The notes beneath the pieces were generated by a model. It saw only the letters and a program-made list of their open reading frames with translations, had not been told where the DNA came from and searched no databases. Made by a program: the position numbers and the translations under genes. Shown piece after piece: positions 19,373-30,634 of a DNA stretch of 64,000 bases. Numbering within the stretch: the stretch's first letter is position 1; each line of letters opens with the position of its first letter. Origin of the DNA: Acetivibrionales bacterium (GTDB lineage: Bacteria; Bacillota; Clostridia; Acetivibrionales; DTU013); assembly GCA_050952225.1 (NCBI GenBank), contig JBMNKL010000001.1:814589-878588 (forward strand), given 5' to 3'.

Positions 19373-22300
19373 ATGCTTGAAATGAATAATTTTGACGCCA
19401 TAAAGATTGGTCTGGCTTCCCCGGAGAAAATAAGAGAATGGTCCAGGGGCGAGGTTAAGAAACCGGAGACGATAAATTACAGGACGTTGAAGCCGGAAAG
19501 AGACGGCCTTTTCTGCGAAAGAATTTTTGGACCGCAAAAGGACTGGGAGTGCCATTGCGGTAAATATAAAAGGATAAGATACAAAGGTATTGTATGCGAC
19601 AGGTGTGGGGTTGAAGTCACCCGCTCCAAGGTGAGGAGGGAGCGGATGGGCCATATTGAGCTGGCTGCGCCTGTTTCCCATATCTGGTACTTTAAGGGCA
19701 TACCAAGCAGGATGGGGCTTATCCTGGACATGTCGCCCAGGGCTCTGGAAAAAATACTATATTTTGCTGCTTATGTTGTTATTGACCCCGGCCAGACTCC
19801 GCTTTCCAAGAAACAGGTCCTGACCGAGAGAGAATACAGGGACAGCCTGGAAAAATTCGGCTACAAGTTCAAGGCGGGCATGGGCGCGGAAGCCATAAAA
19901 GAATTGCTTATGGAAATTGATTTGGATGCCCTTTCGAAGGAATTACGGGCGGATTTGAAAGAGACAACGGGACAGAAAAGAATAAGAACCGTCAAGAGAC
20001 TGGAAGTAGTCGAGGCCTTCAGGCTTTCGGGCAACAGGCCTGAGTGGATGATTTTGGATGTCATACCCGTCATTCCGCCGGAGCTTAGGCCGATGGTCCA
20101 GCTGGACGGGGGAAGATTTGCCACATCAGATCTCAACGACCTTTACAGGCGCGTGATTAACAGGAACAACCGCCTGAAGAGGCTACTTGATTTGGGAGCG
20201 CCTGATATAATCGTAAGAAACGAAAAAAGGATGCTGCAGGAAGCTGTTGATGCCCTTATAGACAACGGCAGAAGGGGAAGGCCCGTGACAGGCCCGGGGA
20301 ACAGGCCGCTTAAATCGCTTTCGGACATGTTGAAAGGCAAACAGGGCCGTTTCCGCCAGAATCTGCTGGGCAAACGCGTTGACTATTCGGGACGCTCGGT
20401 TATTGTCGTAGGCCCCGAACTTAAAATATACCAGTGCGGGCTCCCGAAAGAAATGGCGCTGGAGCTGTTTAAACCTTTTGTGATGAAAAAACTTGTAAAT
20501 GACGGGCTGGCACATAATATTAAGAGTGCAAAAAGGATGGTCGAAAGAGTAAGGCCGGAGGTCTGGGATGTGCTGGAAGAGGTTATAAAGGAGCATCCTG
20601 TTTTGCTGAACCGCGCGCCTACGCTTCACAGGCTTGGGATACAGGCTTTTGAGCCTGTGCTGGTCGAGGGCAAGGCTATAAAGCTGCATCCGCTGGTATG
20701 TACGGCATATAATGCGGACTTTGACGGAGACCAGATGGCGGTGCATGTACCTTTATCCGCCGAAGCTCAGGCCGAGGCCAGGTTCCTCATGCTGTCGGCG
20801 AACAACCTGCTTGCCCCCAAGGACGGAAGGCCTATTACCGTTCCGACCCAGGACATGGTTCTTGGCATTTATTACATGACCATGGAACGTGAGGGCGAAT
20901 TGGGCGAAGGCAGCTCGTTTGGTTCGTATGAAGAGGCGTTAATGGCTTATGACGAAGGATATATTGGCCTGCATGCAAAAATAAACGTCAGAATGGAAAA
21001 GACGCTGGACGACGGTAAAAAAGGTTCAAAAGTAATAACCACCACTGTCGGCAGGCTTATATTTAATGAAGCCATTCCACAGGATCTTGGATTTGTTGAC
21101 AGGTCCGACCCTGAAAAAATGTTCGACCTCGAAGTTGATACGCTCGTGACCAAGAAAGAACTTGGAAAGATCATAGACAGGTGCATAAAAGTGCATGGCA
21201 CGACCGAGACGGCTATTGTGCTTGACAAGATCAAGACGCTGGGATACAGGTATTCCACCAAGGGTGCCATTACAGTGGGTATCACCGACATGGTTATCCC
21301 GGAGGTCAAACAGAAATATATAAAAGAAACCGAACAAAAAATTGAAAACATAACAAAGATGTATAAGAGAGGGCTTATTTCGGAGGAGGAAAGATACAAT
21401 TCGATTATACAGGCCTGGACCGAAACCGGAGAAAATCTCACGCAGGCTTTACTGCAGACCCTTGACAAGTTCAATCCGATTTTCATGATGTCACAATCGG
21501 GCGCAAGGGGCAGCATAAGCCAGATAAAGCAGCTTTCCGGTATGAGAGGGCTGATGGCCGATACTTCCGGTAAAACGCTTGAAATCCCGATAAGGGCGAA
21601 TTTCCGTGAAGGATTGAACGTGCTGGAGTACTTCATTTCCACGCACGGCGCCAGGAAAGGTCTTGCCGACACAGCGTTAAGGACTGCCGATTCAGGCTAC
21701 CTGACCCGCCGCCTTGTCGACGTAAGCCAGGATGTTATTGTAAGGGAGGCAGACTGCGGCACAAGGAAAGGTATAGAAGTAGGCGATGTTAAAGACGGAA
21801 GCGAAATTATAGAGAGCTTGTACGAAAGACTTGTGGGCAGGTATACTGTTGAACCTGTTTTGCACCCTGAAACGGGAGAAGTTATTGTTGAAGGAGATAA
21901 GAGGATTACCGATACGGATGCCGAAAGGATTGTAGATGCCGGTTTAAAGAAAGTCAAGATCAGGTCCATACTGACCTGCCATTCCGAATATGGCGTATGC
22001 GCCAAGTGTTACGGGGCAAACCTGGCTACCGGCGAAGATGTTAATGTGGGTGAAGCGGTGGGTATTATCGCAGCGCAGTCAATAGGCGAGCCCGGTACGC
22101 AGCTGACAATGAGAACCTTCCATACGGGTGGTGTGGCCGGTGATGATATTACACAGGGTCTTCCCCGTGTCGAAGAGCTCTTTGAAGCGAGAAAACCCAA
22201 AGGGCTTGCCATTATTTCGGAGATTAGCGGCACGGTAAGAATAAACGACACGAAGAAAAAGAGAGAAGTAATCGTAACGAACGAAAACGGAGAGTCGCGC

Positions 22301-22873
22301 ACCTACATGATACCCTACGGGTCCAGGATAAAGGTTTACAACGGCGATACCGTGGAAGCGGGGGACGAAATCACCGAGGGCTCCGTGAATCCTCATGATA
22401 TACTTAAAATAAAAGGCGTAGAAGCCGTTCAGGCATATTTGCTGCAGGAAGTCCAAAGGGTTTACAGGCTGCAGGGCGTCGACATTAACGACAAACATAT
22501 AGAAGTTATCATCCGGCAAATGCTCAGGAAGGTAAAGGTTGATGATCCCGGAGATACAAATATGCTTCCCGGGGGACTGGTGGATATGTTTGATTTCGAG
22601 GCGGAAAATGCCAGGGTTGAAGCGGAAGGACTGAGGCCTGCAACAGGAAAGCGGGCGCTGCTGGGTATTACGAAAGCGTCGCTGGCAACGGAGTCGTTCT
22701 TGTCGGCGGCATCTTTCCAGGAAACCACGAGGGTATTGACCGAAGCCGCAATCAAGGGCAAGGTTGACCCGCTGGTCGGGTTGAAGGAAAACGTGATAAT
22801 CGGCAAGCTTATCCCGGCAGGTACCGGTATGAGCAGGTACAAGGACATAAGCATAAGTACCGTTACCGAGTAA
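19373..22873 (+). CDS. rpoC: DNA-directed RNA polymerase subunit beta'
   Basis: 1166 aa with a zinc finger ([23 protein letters not shown]) and the catalytic NADFDGD. Confidence 0.98.
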   Translation: MLEMNNFDAIKIGLASPEKIREWSRGEVKKPETINYRTLKPERDGLFCERIFGPQKDWECHCGKYKRIRYKGIVCDRCGVEVTRSKVRRERMGHIELAAPVSHIWYFKGIPSRMGLILDMSPRALEKILYFAAYVVIDPGQTPLSKKQVLTEREYRDSLEKFGYKFKAGMGAEAIKELLMEIDLDALSKELRADLKETTGQKRIRTVKRLEVVEAFRLSGNRPEWMILDVIPVIPPELRPMVQLDGGRFATSDLNDLYRRVINRNNRLKRLLDLGAPDIIVRNEKRMLQEAVDALIDNGRRGRPVTGPGNRPLKSLSDMLKGKQGRFRQNLLGKRVDYSGRSVIVVGPELKIYQCGLPKEMALELFKPFVMKKLVNDGLAHNIKSAKRMVERVRPEVWDVLEEVIKEHPVLLNRAPTLHRLGIQAFEPVLVEGKAIKLHPLVCTAYNADFDGDQMAVHVPLSAEAQAEARFLMLSANNLLAPKDGRPITVPTQDMVLGIYYMTMEREGELGEGSSFGSYEEALMAYDEGYIGLHAKINVRMEKTLDDGKKGSKVITTTVGRLIFNEAIPQDLGFVDRSDPEKMFDLEVDTLVTKKELGKIIDRCIKVHGTTETAIVLDKIKTLGYRYSTKGAITVGITDMVIPEVKQKYIKETEQKIENITKMYKRGLISEEERYNSIIQAWTETGENLTQALLQTLDKFNPIFMMSQSGARGSISQIKQLSGMRGLMADTSGKTLEIPIRANFREGLNVLEYFISTHGARKGLADTALRTADSGYLTRRLVDVSQDVIVREADCGTRKGIEVGDVKDGSEIIESLYERLVGRYTVEPVLHPETGEVIVEGDKRITDTDAERIVDAGLKKVKIRSILTCHSEYGVCAKCYGANLATGEDVNVGEAVGIIAAQSIGEPGTQLTMRTFHTGGVAGDDITQGLPRVEELFEARKPKGLAIISEISGTVRINDTKKKREVIVTNENGESRTYMIPYGSRIKVYNGDTVEAGDEITEGSVNPHDILKIKGVEAVQAYLLQEVQRVYRLQGVDINDKHIEVIIRQMLRKVKVDDPGDTNMLPGGLVDMFDFEAENARVEAEGLRPATGKRALLGITKASLATESFLSAASFQETTRVLTEAAIKGKVDPLVGLKENVIIGKLIPAGTGMSRYKDISISTVTE

Positions 22874-22902
22874 GGATGACGGCGGTGTAACTTGTGCAAC
22901 AA

Positions 22903-22937
22903 GCAAAGGATTGGCCGGGGCTTGCGAATCCTTTTGC
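22903..22937 (+). terminator. Hairpin after rpoC (weak terminator/processing site)
   Basis: gcaaaggatt...aatccttttgc (10 bp with one bulge). The U-run is short and partly inside the stem. Confidence 0.4.
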
Positions 22938-22967
22938 TTGACAAACAGCGAACTGCGGTGATAAAAT
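22938..22967 (+). promoter_or_regulatory. Sigma-A promoter for the L7Ae-rpsL-rpsG-fusA-tuf (str) operon
   Basis: TTGACA - 18 nt - TAAAAT, with TGa giving an extended -10 (tgaTAAAAT). Confidence 0.65.
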
Positions 22968-23093
22968 ATCTGAGTGCAAATTTTGAGATGCTTATGAAGC
23001 CGTTTATTGATTATTATAATAATAGCCGTAGACAGCTTGGGCCAGTGGTGGCTGTTAAAGCCAGCGGCTAATGGTGAAGGAAGGTGCATTTCT

Positions 23094-23339
23094 GTGCTTG
23101 AGCTTTTGAAAAGCCGCAACAAGGCCATAGGCATAAAGCAGACCCTTAGAGCGGTAGAGAATGATATGGCCGGCAAGGTTTATATTGCCAGGGATGCAGA
23201 TGAAAAGATAACAGGAAAGCTGAAGGAATTCTGCCTTTCCAAAGAGGTTGAAATAGAGTATGTTGATACCATGAAGCAACTTGGCAAGGCAGCCGGGATT
23301 GAAGTTGGCGCTTCGGCGGTTTGCCTGCTGAAGGAATAA
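23094..23339 (+). CDS. L7Ae/L30e-family K-turn-binding ribosome-associated protein (YbxF-like)
   Basis: About 81 aa from GTG 23094 (VLELLKSRNKAIGIKQTLRAVENDMAGKVYIARDAD...GKAAGIEVGASAVCLL). It holds the conserved Firmicute position between rpoC and rpsL. The upstream part of the track ORF (23007-23093) is AT-rich leader. Confidence 0.8.
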   Translation: MLELLKSRNKAIGIKQTLRAVENDMAGKVYIARDADEKITGKLKEFCLSKEVEIEYVDTMKQLGKAAGIEVGASAVCLLKE

Positions 23340-23450
23340 AAGGCGCCGGCACAGTTTGCAACCGGGGAATGACATGGAAGAGAACGGATGCGGCTTTAAG
23401 AGAGAGCAACACTAAAATTGATATAATAATAAAGCAAAGGAGGTGTATTA

Positions 23451-23876
23451 ATGCCGACATTTAATCAGATGGTCAGAAAGGGCAGGAAAGTGGTCAAATA
23501 TAAGTCTCACGCACCGGCGCTTCAGATCAGTTACAACACTCTGAAGAAGAAGTATATTGACGCAAACTCGCCACAAAAGCGGGGCGTTTGCACGGTCGTA
23601 AGAACAACAACTCCCAAGAAGCCAAACTCAGCCTTGAGGAAGGTAGCCAGGGTACGGCTGACCAACGGTATTGAAGTTACCGCGTATATCCCCGGGATTG
23701 GCCACAATCTGCAAGAACACAGCGTTGTGCTTATAAGAGGCGGCAGGGTAAAGGATCTGCCAGGTGTCAGGTACCACATTGTCAGGGGTACGCTTGACAC
23801 TGCGGGTGTGGCGAACAGAATGCAGGCCCGTTCCAAGTATGGGGCAAAGAGGCCAAAAACGAGCGCCGCGAAGTAG
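23451..23876 (+). CDS. rpsL: 30S ribosomal protein S12
   Basis: [13 protein letters not shown]...[32 protein letters not shown]. Confidence 0.98.
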   Translation: MPTFNQMVRKGRKVVKYKSHAPALQISYNTLKKKYIDANSPQKRGVCTVVRTTTPKKPNSALRKVARVRLTNGIEVTAYIPGIGHNLQEHSVVLIRGGRVKDLPGVRYHIVRGTLDTAGVANRMQARSKYGAKRPKTSAAK

Positions 23877-24027
23877 TAATGCGGTGCCGGAGCCATAATA
23901 ACGGAATGGGAATAATAAGTGCTAAGTATTTTTATATAGATAACGACAATTATTTATATATGCACATACTGACGCACTGACGAGAACATTCAGGTTCCGA
24001 GTACCTCAGGAGGATGATGTCTCCTAA

Positions 24028-24522
<495 letters not shown>

Positions 24523-24570
24523 TGTTAATGCCGGGAAAATTGAACTTATCGGGAAAGAAAGGAGGAAACC

Positions 24571-26634
24571 ATGCCCAGGCGGTTTAGTTTGGAGAACACC
24601 AGGAATATCGGTATTATGGCCCATATTGATGCCGGCAAGACTACTACGACCGAGCGTATACTTTTTTATACCGGCAGGCTCCATAGAATGGGGGAAGTTC
24701 ACGAAGGCGCCGCTACCATGGACTTCATGGAGCAGGAGCAGGAACGTGGGATAACCATATCTTCCGCTGCTACTACAGCGCAATGGAAAGGCGCTAGGAT
24801 AAACATTATTGATACGCCGGGGCACGTTGATTTTACTGTTGAGGTTGAAAGGTCTCTTAGAATTCTCGATGGTTCTGTAACGGTATTTTGTGCAAAAGGC
24901 GGGGTGGAATCCCAGTCCGAAACCGTATGGAGGCAAGCCGACAAGTATAATGTACCTCGCATTGCATATGTTAATAAAATGGATATAATGGGCGCTGATT
25001 TCTTTAATGTGATACAGATGATGAAGGACAGGCTGAAAGCGAATGCAGTGCCTATACAGCTACCCATAGGAAAAGAGGATAATTTCCGCGGCATAGTGGA
25101 TCTGGTGGAGAAGAAGGCCGTATTCTATCTTGACGACCTGGGGAAGGTGCTGGACGAAGAGCCCGTGCCGGACGATATGGTTGACATGGTCGAGGAATAT
25201 CATGGCAAATTACTTGAAGCCATCGCCGAGTACGATGATAATATAATGCAAAAATACATCGAAGGGGAAGAGATTTCAGCGGATGAAATCCGTGCCGGCA
25301 TCAGAAAGGCAACTATTTCGGCGAGCATGATACCGGTAACATGCGGGTCGTCTTACAGGAATAAAGGCGTACAGCAGTTGCTGGATGCAATTGTCTACTA
25401 TATGCCTTCGCCGCTTGACATTCCGCCTATCAAGGGAGTGACAGCGGACGGCGAGACGATAGTCGAAAGGCCGGCAAACGACGACGAGCCTTTTTCCGCC
25501 CTGGCGTTCAAGATTGTAACGGATCCGTATGTCGGAAGGCTATGCTATTTCAGGGTATATTCAGGCAAACTGAAAACAGGGTCGTATATACTTAATTCTA
25601 CGAAAAATAAAAAGGAACGCATTGGAAGGATATTGCTGATGCACGCAAACCACCGCGAAGACACCGACATGGTTTTTGCCGGGGATATTGCGGCGGCGGT
25701 GGGACTAAAGGATACCAGCACGGGAGATACTCTGTGCAGCGAGGATGCGCCGGTAATACTTGAATCCATGGAATTTCCGGAACCGGTTATCCATATAGCG
25801 GTAGAGCCCAAAACCAAGGCAGGACAGGAAAAGATGGTTGCCGCACTTGCAAAGCTGGCGGAAGAAGACCCTACATTCAAAGCGCGTATGGATCCCGATA
25901 CGGGACAGACGATCATTTCCGGGATGGGAGAATTGCACCTGGAGATACTTGTTGACAGGATGATGAGGGAGTTTAAGGTCGAAGCCAACGTCGGTCAGCC
26001 ACAGGTAGCGTATAAAGAAACCATACGCAAAGCGGTCAAGGCCGAAGGCAAGTTTATAAGGCAAACGGGCGGTCATGGACAGTACGGACATTGTGTACTG
26101 GAAATTGAACCCCAGGAGCCTGGCAGCGGCTATACTTTTATTAACAAGATTGCAGGAGGAGTAATTCCGAAGGAATATATTCCCGCAATCGACGAAGGCG
26201 TACAGGACGCGATGCAGAACGGAGTACTGGGCGGCTACCAGGTGCTGGACGTTAAGGTGACGCTCGTGGACGGTTCGTACCATGAAGTTGATTCAACAGA
26301 GATGGCATTCAGGATAGCAGGTTCAATGGCATTCAAGGAAGGATGCCGGAAAGCTGACCCAGTGTTGCTGGAGCCCGTTATGAAAGTTGATGTGGTTGTA
26401 CCGGAAGTATACCTGGGTGATGTAATGGGTGATTTGAATGCCCGCAGGGGCAGGATAGAAGGTATAGAGAGCAGGGGAGGCGCACAGGTTATTTATGCCG
26501 TAGCACCGCTTTCCAGCATGTTCGGTTACGCCACGGAGCTTCGCTCCAGGACACAGGGAAGAGGCGTATTTACAATGCACTTCAGCCACTATGAAGAGGT
26601 TCCGAAACAAATACAGGAATCTATTCTTAAGTGA
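24571..26634 (+). CDS. fusA: Elongation factor G
   Basis: 687 aa with G domain [17 protein letters not shown] and NKMD. Confidence 0.98.
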   Translation: MPRRFSLENTRNIGIMAHIDAGKTTTTERILFYTGRLHRMGEVHEGAATMDFMEQEQERGITISSAATTAQWKGARINIIDTPGHVDFTVEVERSLRILDGSVTVFCAKGGVESQSETVWRQADKYNVPRIAYVNKMDIMGADFFNVIQMMKDRLKANAVPIQLPIGKEDNFRGIVDLVEKKAVFYLDDLGKVLDEEPVPDDMVDMVEEYHGKLLEAIAEYDDNIMQKYIEGEEISADEIRAGIRKATISASMIPVTCGSSYRNKGVQQLLDAIVYYMPSPLDIPPIKGVTADGETIVERPANDDEPFSALAFKIVTDPYVGRLCYFRVYSGKLKTGSYILNSTKNKKERIGRILLMHANHREDTDMVFAGDIAAAVGLKDTSTGDTLCSEDAPVILESMEFPEPVIHIAVEPKTKAGQEKMVAALAKLAEEDPTFKARMDPDTGQTIISGMGELHLEILVDRMMREFKVEANVGQPQVAYKETIRKAVKAEGKFIRQTGGHGQYGHCVLEIEPQEPGSGYTFINKIAGGVIPKEYIPAIDEGVQDAMQNGVLGGYQVLDVKVTLVDGSYHEVDSTEMAFRIAGSMAFKEGCRKADPVLLEPVMKVDVVVPEVYLGDVMGDLNARRGRIEGIESRGGAQVIYAVAPLSSMFGYATELRSRTQGRGVFTMHFSHYEEVPKQIQESILK

Positions 26635-26697
26635 GCAAAATATACAAATTAATATAATCATTCAGTTATAAACTGAACAAGGGAGGAGAATTAAAAA

Positions 26698-27900
26698 ATG
26701 GGTAAGGCCAAATTTGAAAGAACAAAACCCCACGTTAACATTGGAACCATTGGGCACGTTGACCATGGTAAGACTACGTTGACAGCAGCTATAACAAAGG
26801 TGCTGGGTTTCCAGGGCAAAGCACAATTTACTGCATATGACCAGATTGATAAGGCTCCTGAAGAAAAAGCAAGGGGTATTACGATCTCAACGTCCCACGT
26901 TGAGTATGAGACGGACAACAGGCATTATGCACATGTCGATTGCCCGGGTCACGCGGACTACGTAAAGAACATGATCACCGGTGCCGCACAGATGGATGGC
27001 GCTATCCTGGTTGTCTCCGCAGCGGACGGCCCGATGCCCCAGACCAGGGAGCATATACTTCTTGCGCGCCAGGTTGGTGTTCCATATATCGTAGTATTCC
27101 TTAACAAATGCGATATGGTAGACGACGAAGAACTCATTGAACTCGTTGAGATGGAAGTCAGGGAACTTCTGAGCGCCTATGAGTTCGACGGTGACAACAT
27201 TCCAATAATCAGGGGCTCCGCGCTGGTTGCTCTCGAATGCACATCAACCGATATCAATGCGCCGGAATACAAGCCTATCGTGGACCTTATGGCGGCTGCG
27301 GACAAATACATTCCTGAACCGCAGAGGCCTATCGATAAACCGTTTGCAATGTCCATCGAGGACGTGTTCTCAATTACCGGCCGCGGAACTGTCGTTACCG
27401 GCAGGGTTGAAAGAGGCAAGGTAAAGGTTGGCGACGAAGTTGAAATAGTCGGTTTGATGGATGCTCCGAGGAAGACCGTTGTAACCGGTGTTGAGATGTT
27501 CAGGAAGCTTCTTGACGAGGCTGTTGCCGGCGATAATATAGGCTGCCTGTTAAGGGGTATCCAGAGAGATGAAGTGCAGAGAGGTCAGGTACTCGCAAAG
27601 CCTGGTTCCATTAAGCCGCATACTCATTTCAAGGGACAGGTTTATGTTCTTACCAAGGAAGAGGGCGGAAGGCATACTCCATTCTTCAGTGGCTACAGGC
27701 CGCAGTTCTATTTCAGGACAACCGACGTCACCGGTGTGGCTGAGCTTCCTGAAGGCGTTGAAATGTGCATGCCTGGCGACCACGTTGAAATGACTATCAA
27801 GCTGATTACGCCCATCGCCATTGAAGAAGGGCTGAGATTCGCCATACGCGAAGGCGGAAGGACCGTAGGCTCAGGCACTGTTACCAGCGTTATCGAGTAA
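26698..27900 (+). CDS. tuf: Elongation factor Tu
   Basis: 400 aa with [17 protein letters not shown] and NKCD. Confidence 0.98.
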   Translation: MGKAKFERTKPHVNIGTIGHVDHGKTTLTAAITKVLGFQGKAQFTAYDQIDKAPEEKARGITISTSHVEYETDNRHYAHVDCPGHADYVKNMITGAAQMDGAILVVSAADGPMPQTREHILLARQVGVPYIVVFLNKCDMVDDEELIELVEMEVRELLSAYEFDGDNIPIIRGSALVALECTSTDINAPEYKPIVDLMAAADKYIPEPQRPIDKPFAMSIEDVFSITGRGTVVTGRVERGKVKVGDEVEIVGLMDAPRKTVVTGVEMFRKLLDEAVAGDNIGCLLRGIQRDEVQRGQVLAKPGSIKPHTHFKGQVYVLTKEEGGRHTPFFSGYRPQFYFRTTDVTGVAELPEGVEMCMPGDHVEMTIKLITPIAIEEGLRFAIREGGRTVGSGTVTSVIE

Positions 27901-27939
27901 TACTGGCAACTAAAAAGGGATATTAATATTATCGGACTC

Positions 27940-28002
27940 AAAGAACGGTTTTTGATTCCTGTTGAGCAAACAGCTGCAGGAGAAAAACCGTTCTTTCATT
28001 TT
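27940..28002 (+). terminator. Long-stem terminator after tuf
   Basis: Perfect 14-bp outer stem aaagaacggttttt / aaaaaccgttcttt (27940-27953 / 27983-27996) with inner pairing tcctg/cagga, then cattttg. Confidence 0.7.
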
Positions 28003-28232
28003 GCCCGTCCTCACGCGGGCGCTTGTTATTTGCCATCCGTAACTCAGAACAAGCGTCTCCGGCGTCCATGCCGAAGTATTACGGGTATTCCTCAGGGGTT
28101 CCGCGTTCAAGTTTCACCAGGACAAACACCCTGTAGCCATTCTTCCGTAAAATCTCAAATCTCAAACCGCCCTGCCCGCCAATTCTATCCGCGCTTATCA
28201 TCGCGCGCCTGCACTGTCCGGGGCGATGAGAT
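28003..28232. repeat. Structured intergenic repeat, copy A
   Basis: 28011-28135 is the reverse complement of 40792-40911 at about 90% identity (hand alignment: 11 mismatches and 1 indel over ~120 nt). Homology continues at lower identity to ~28193. The segment 28157-28232 aligns in the SAME orientation with 40962-41024. Confidence 0.8.
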
Positions 28233-28318
28233 TGAAAAGGTGCTTGCTATAAATAGCCACGAATGATAGTATTAATTAAAAGCAATAGAATTTAATGTAA
28301 GAGATCCAGGAGGATGAC

Positions 28319-28540
28319 GTGTTCAAACGGATCTTTATAATGCTTGGCAACCTTTCGCCGGCAACAATACGGGAGATAATCGTTATTATTATTATCCTGT
28401 GCATTTCTATAGCGCTCAGTCTCCCACAGTTAAAAGAAGATATGGAGAAAGCGAAAACAATGAAAGAAACGGACAGTGTAAAGCAAATTATCGAAAGCAT
28501 TTACGAGGGGGAGGCTGGTTATGGAATTATCCAGGATTAG
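28319..28540 (+). CDS. Small membrane protein (73 aa) preceding moxR
   Basis: GTG start 6 nt after AGGAGG. Central hydrophobic helix IREIIVIIIILCISIALSL. The 3' end overlaps the moxR start by 20 nt. No recognisable family. Confidence 0.45.
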   Translation: MFKRIFIMLGNLSPATIREIIVIIIILCISIALSLPQLKEDMEKAKTMKETDSVKQIIESIYEGEAGYGIIQD

Positions 28541-29474
28541 AGGCTTGGCCGGAGACGTTATGTCAAACATATCAAGGGTCCTTGTAGGCAGGGAAGATAC
28601 CATCGAGATGGTCCTGGCGGCCCTTTTTTGCGGAGGGCATGTTTTACTTGAGGATGTTCCGGGTGTCGGGAAAACCATGCTTGCAAAATGCCTTGCAAAA
28701 TCTCTCAAATGTGATTTTAAGAGGATACAGTTCACGCCCGACCTGCTTCCTTCCGACCTGACCGGGATCAATTATTTTGATGTGAAAAAAGGGGAGTTCA
28801 TATTCAGACTGGGACCCCTGTTCACTAATATTGTACTGGCGGATGAAATAAACAGGGCTACTCCCCGTACGCAGTCCAGCCTTCTCGAATGCATGGAGGA
28901 GGGGCAGGTAACTGTTGACGGAATCACTCGCAGGCTGAAGAAACCGTTTTTTGTGATCGCAACGCAGAACCCGGTGGAAACCCGCGGTACTTTCCCGCTG
29001 CCGGAAGCCCAGCTGGACAGGTTTTTCATGCGACTCAGGATGGGGTACCCGTCGGCAGATGAAGGGATCGAGATACTCAGGCGCCTTAAGGAGGCGGACC
29101 CGTTGTCCAACCTTGAAGCCGTGGCTTCAGACAGTTCCGTTGTTGATGCCCAGGCGTCAGTTCCCGCGGTAACCGTGTCCGACGCAATAGAACGGTATAT
29201 TATTGATATAATTGAGGCTACCCGGCATGATGAGAAAATTGTACTTGGCATCAGCCCGAGAGGCAGCATAGCCCTGATGAAAGCAGCGCAGGCAGTGGCG
29301 GTTTTTGACGGAAGAAGCTATGTCATTCCGGACGATGTTAAAAAAGTGGCGGTACCCGTGCTGGCACACCGCTTGATATTAAAAGGGCATGCAATTGCCG
29401 GCGGCGCTGAAAATGCCGAAAACATTGTCAGGGAAATACTGAAAAAAGTACCTGTGCCCATTGAGGAAGTCTGA
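28521..29474 (+). CDS. MoxR-family AAA+ ATPase
   Basis: Walker A GVPGVGKT, Walker B LADEINRA, and typical MoxR length (317 aa). Confidence 0.92.
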   Translation: MELSRIRGLAGDVMSNISRVLVGREDTIEMVLAALFCGGHVLLEDVPGVGKTMLAKCLAKSLKCDFKRIQFTPDLLPSDLTGINYFDVKKGEFIFRLGPLFTNIVLADEINRATPRTQSSLLECMEEGQVTVDGITRRLKKPFFVIATQNPVETRGTFPLPEAQLDRFFMRLRMGYPSADEGIEILRRLKEADPLSNLEAVASDSSVVDAQASVPAVTVSDAIERYIIDIIEATRHDEKIVLGISPRGSIALMKAAQAVAVFDGRSYVIPDDVKKVAVPVLAHRLILKGHAIAGGAENAENIVREILKKVPVPIEEV

Positions 29475-29485
29475 GGTGTTTTACC

Positions 29486-30634
29486 ATGGATGTTTTGGCG
29501 CTGTTGGCAGCTTTTCTGGCTGTTGTATGGCTGCAAATGGTGATATTTAGCGCCTTCTCGTTTAGCAAACTGGACTACAGGTGTGAGTTCAGCGAGAAAG
29601 AAGCACATGAAGGAGATACCATATACCTGGTTGAAACCGTTCATAACGGCAAGCTGTTGCCTGTACCCTGGCTGAAAGTGGATATACATACATCGCGCTG
29701 GCTTGATTTTGCCGCGTTCAATTCTACGGTGACACAGGACGCCCGCCGCGTGACGAGCAGTTTTACTTTAAGAAGCTATCAGAAAATCACAAGGAGATGG
29801 AAGCTGAAATGCCTTAAAAGGGGAGTATTTACGACTGAAAACGTCACCCTTGTCAGCGGAGACCTTTTAAACTTTCAAATTTCCTCCGTCCCAAGGCCGG
29901 TAAACATATCACTTATGGTTTACCCGGAAATTATCGACCTTGAAGGAATATTTGTTCCTGTTAACCTGGTGCAGGGCGACAGGGTGGTTAACAGGTGGAT
30001 CGTGGACGACCCGTTTATTGTTGCGGGGGCGAGAGACTATATGGCTGGCGATCCGATGAACCGCATACACTGGCTTGCTTCCGCAAGGACGGGAAAACTT
30101 ATGGTTAAAAAAAATGAGCATACGTCTCAAAACAGCCTGTCCGTGCTTTTAAATATGCAATCCTGTTTTTATGAGCATGCTGATACAATAAACAAGGAAA
30201 TAGTTGAAACCGGTATCAAGGTAACCGCCACCCTGTTCGACAGGGCCTTGAAAGAGGGGATGTCGGTACGTTTTGGGACCAACGGGTGTGTACGCCCCGA
30301 CGACAGGAAGGCCATATTTACAGGTGAGGCGGCGAATAAAGAGCATATATTGGAATTGTTCAGGATACTTGCAAGTCTGATAATGAAGAATGTTAAAGAT
30401 TTCGAGATGTTTATGCAAGATATCCTCCACGGGATGGAAAATACCGAAATCATTATTGTTACCGCGTATCTTAGCAAAAGGATTTGCGAGCTTGCCGACC
30501 TGATGGCGATATCGGGAAATACGGTAAGTATAGTGTTGCTTGATACGGCATCTGAACCCGGATTAAGGCCGCGCAACTGTGAATTGTACATACCGGCAAC
30601 ACAAAACATGGTGAAGGCGTGGGAGACCGGATGA
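29486..30634 (+). CDS. DUF58 domain protein
   Basis: DYMAGDPMNRIHWLASARTGKLMVKK is the conserved DUF58 core. It holds the canonical position after moxR. Confidence 0.8.
   Translation: MDVLALLAAFLAVVWLQMVIFSAFSFSKLDYRCEFSEKEAHEGDTIYLVETVHNGKLLPVPWLKVDIHTSRWLDFAAFNSTVTQDARRVTSSFTLRSYQKITRRWKLKCLKRGVFTTENVTLVSGDLLNFQISSVPRPVNISLMVYPEIIDLEGIFVPVNLVQGDRVVNRWIVDDPFIVAGARDYMAGDPMNRIHWLASARTGKLMVKKNEHTSQNSLSVLLNMQSCFYEHADTINKEIVETGIKVTATLFDRALKEGMSVRFGTNGCVRPDDRKAIFTGEAANKEHILELFRILASLIMKNVKDFEMFMQDILHGMENTEIIIVTAYLSKRICELADLMAISGNTVSIVLLDTASEPGLRPRNCELYIPATQNMVKAWETG

Noticed and set aside
23007-23093. Possible K-turn autoregulatory element for the L7Ae-like protein in its own leader.
   Set aside because: Only two 4-bp hairpins can be drawn. 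I could not identify a convincing C-stem / 3-nt bulge / tandem G-A K-turn signature.
22079-23176. 365-aa minus-strand ORF. Other long antisense ORFs include 24088-24936, 10027-10722, 11845-12579, 20183-20746, 20947-21672 and 32171-32932.
   Set aside because: These are shadow ORFs lying antisense to highly conserved genes (rpoC/L7Ae, rpsG/fusA, ilvB, nusG, lon). They have low-complexity or odd composition and no RBS.
27910-28110. ORF on the minus strand (MNAEPLRNTRNTSAW...) whose first 33 codons are conserved with the plus-strand ORF 40817-41059 (MNAEPLKNTRNTSAW...). Of 12 differing codons, 5 are synonymous.
   Set aside because: Both start at TTG with only a weak, tightly spaced GGTGA upstream. 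The C-termini diverge completely after codon 33. Of the 13 nucleotide differences only 6 are at third positions, which is not a convincing excess. The similarity is fully explained by the DNA repeat (copies A and B). The pair is kept only as a caveat to the repeat findings.
27952-28266. 104-aa plus-strand ORF spanning repeat copy A.
   Set aside because: It has no RBS and starts inside the tuf terminator. Its composition is dominated by the repeat, and copy B has no equivalent ORF.
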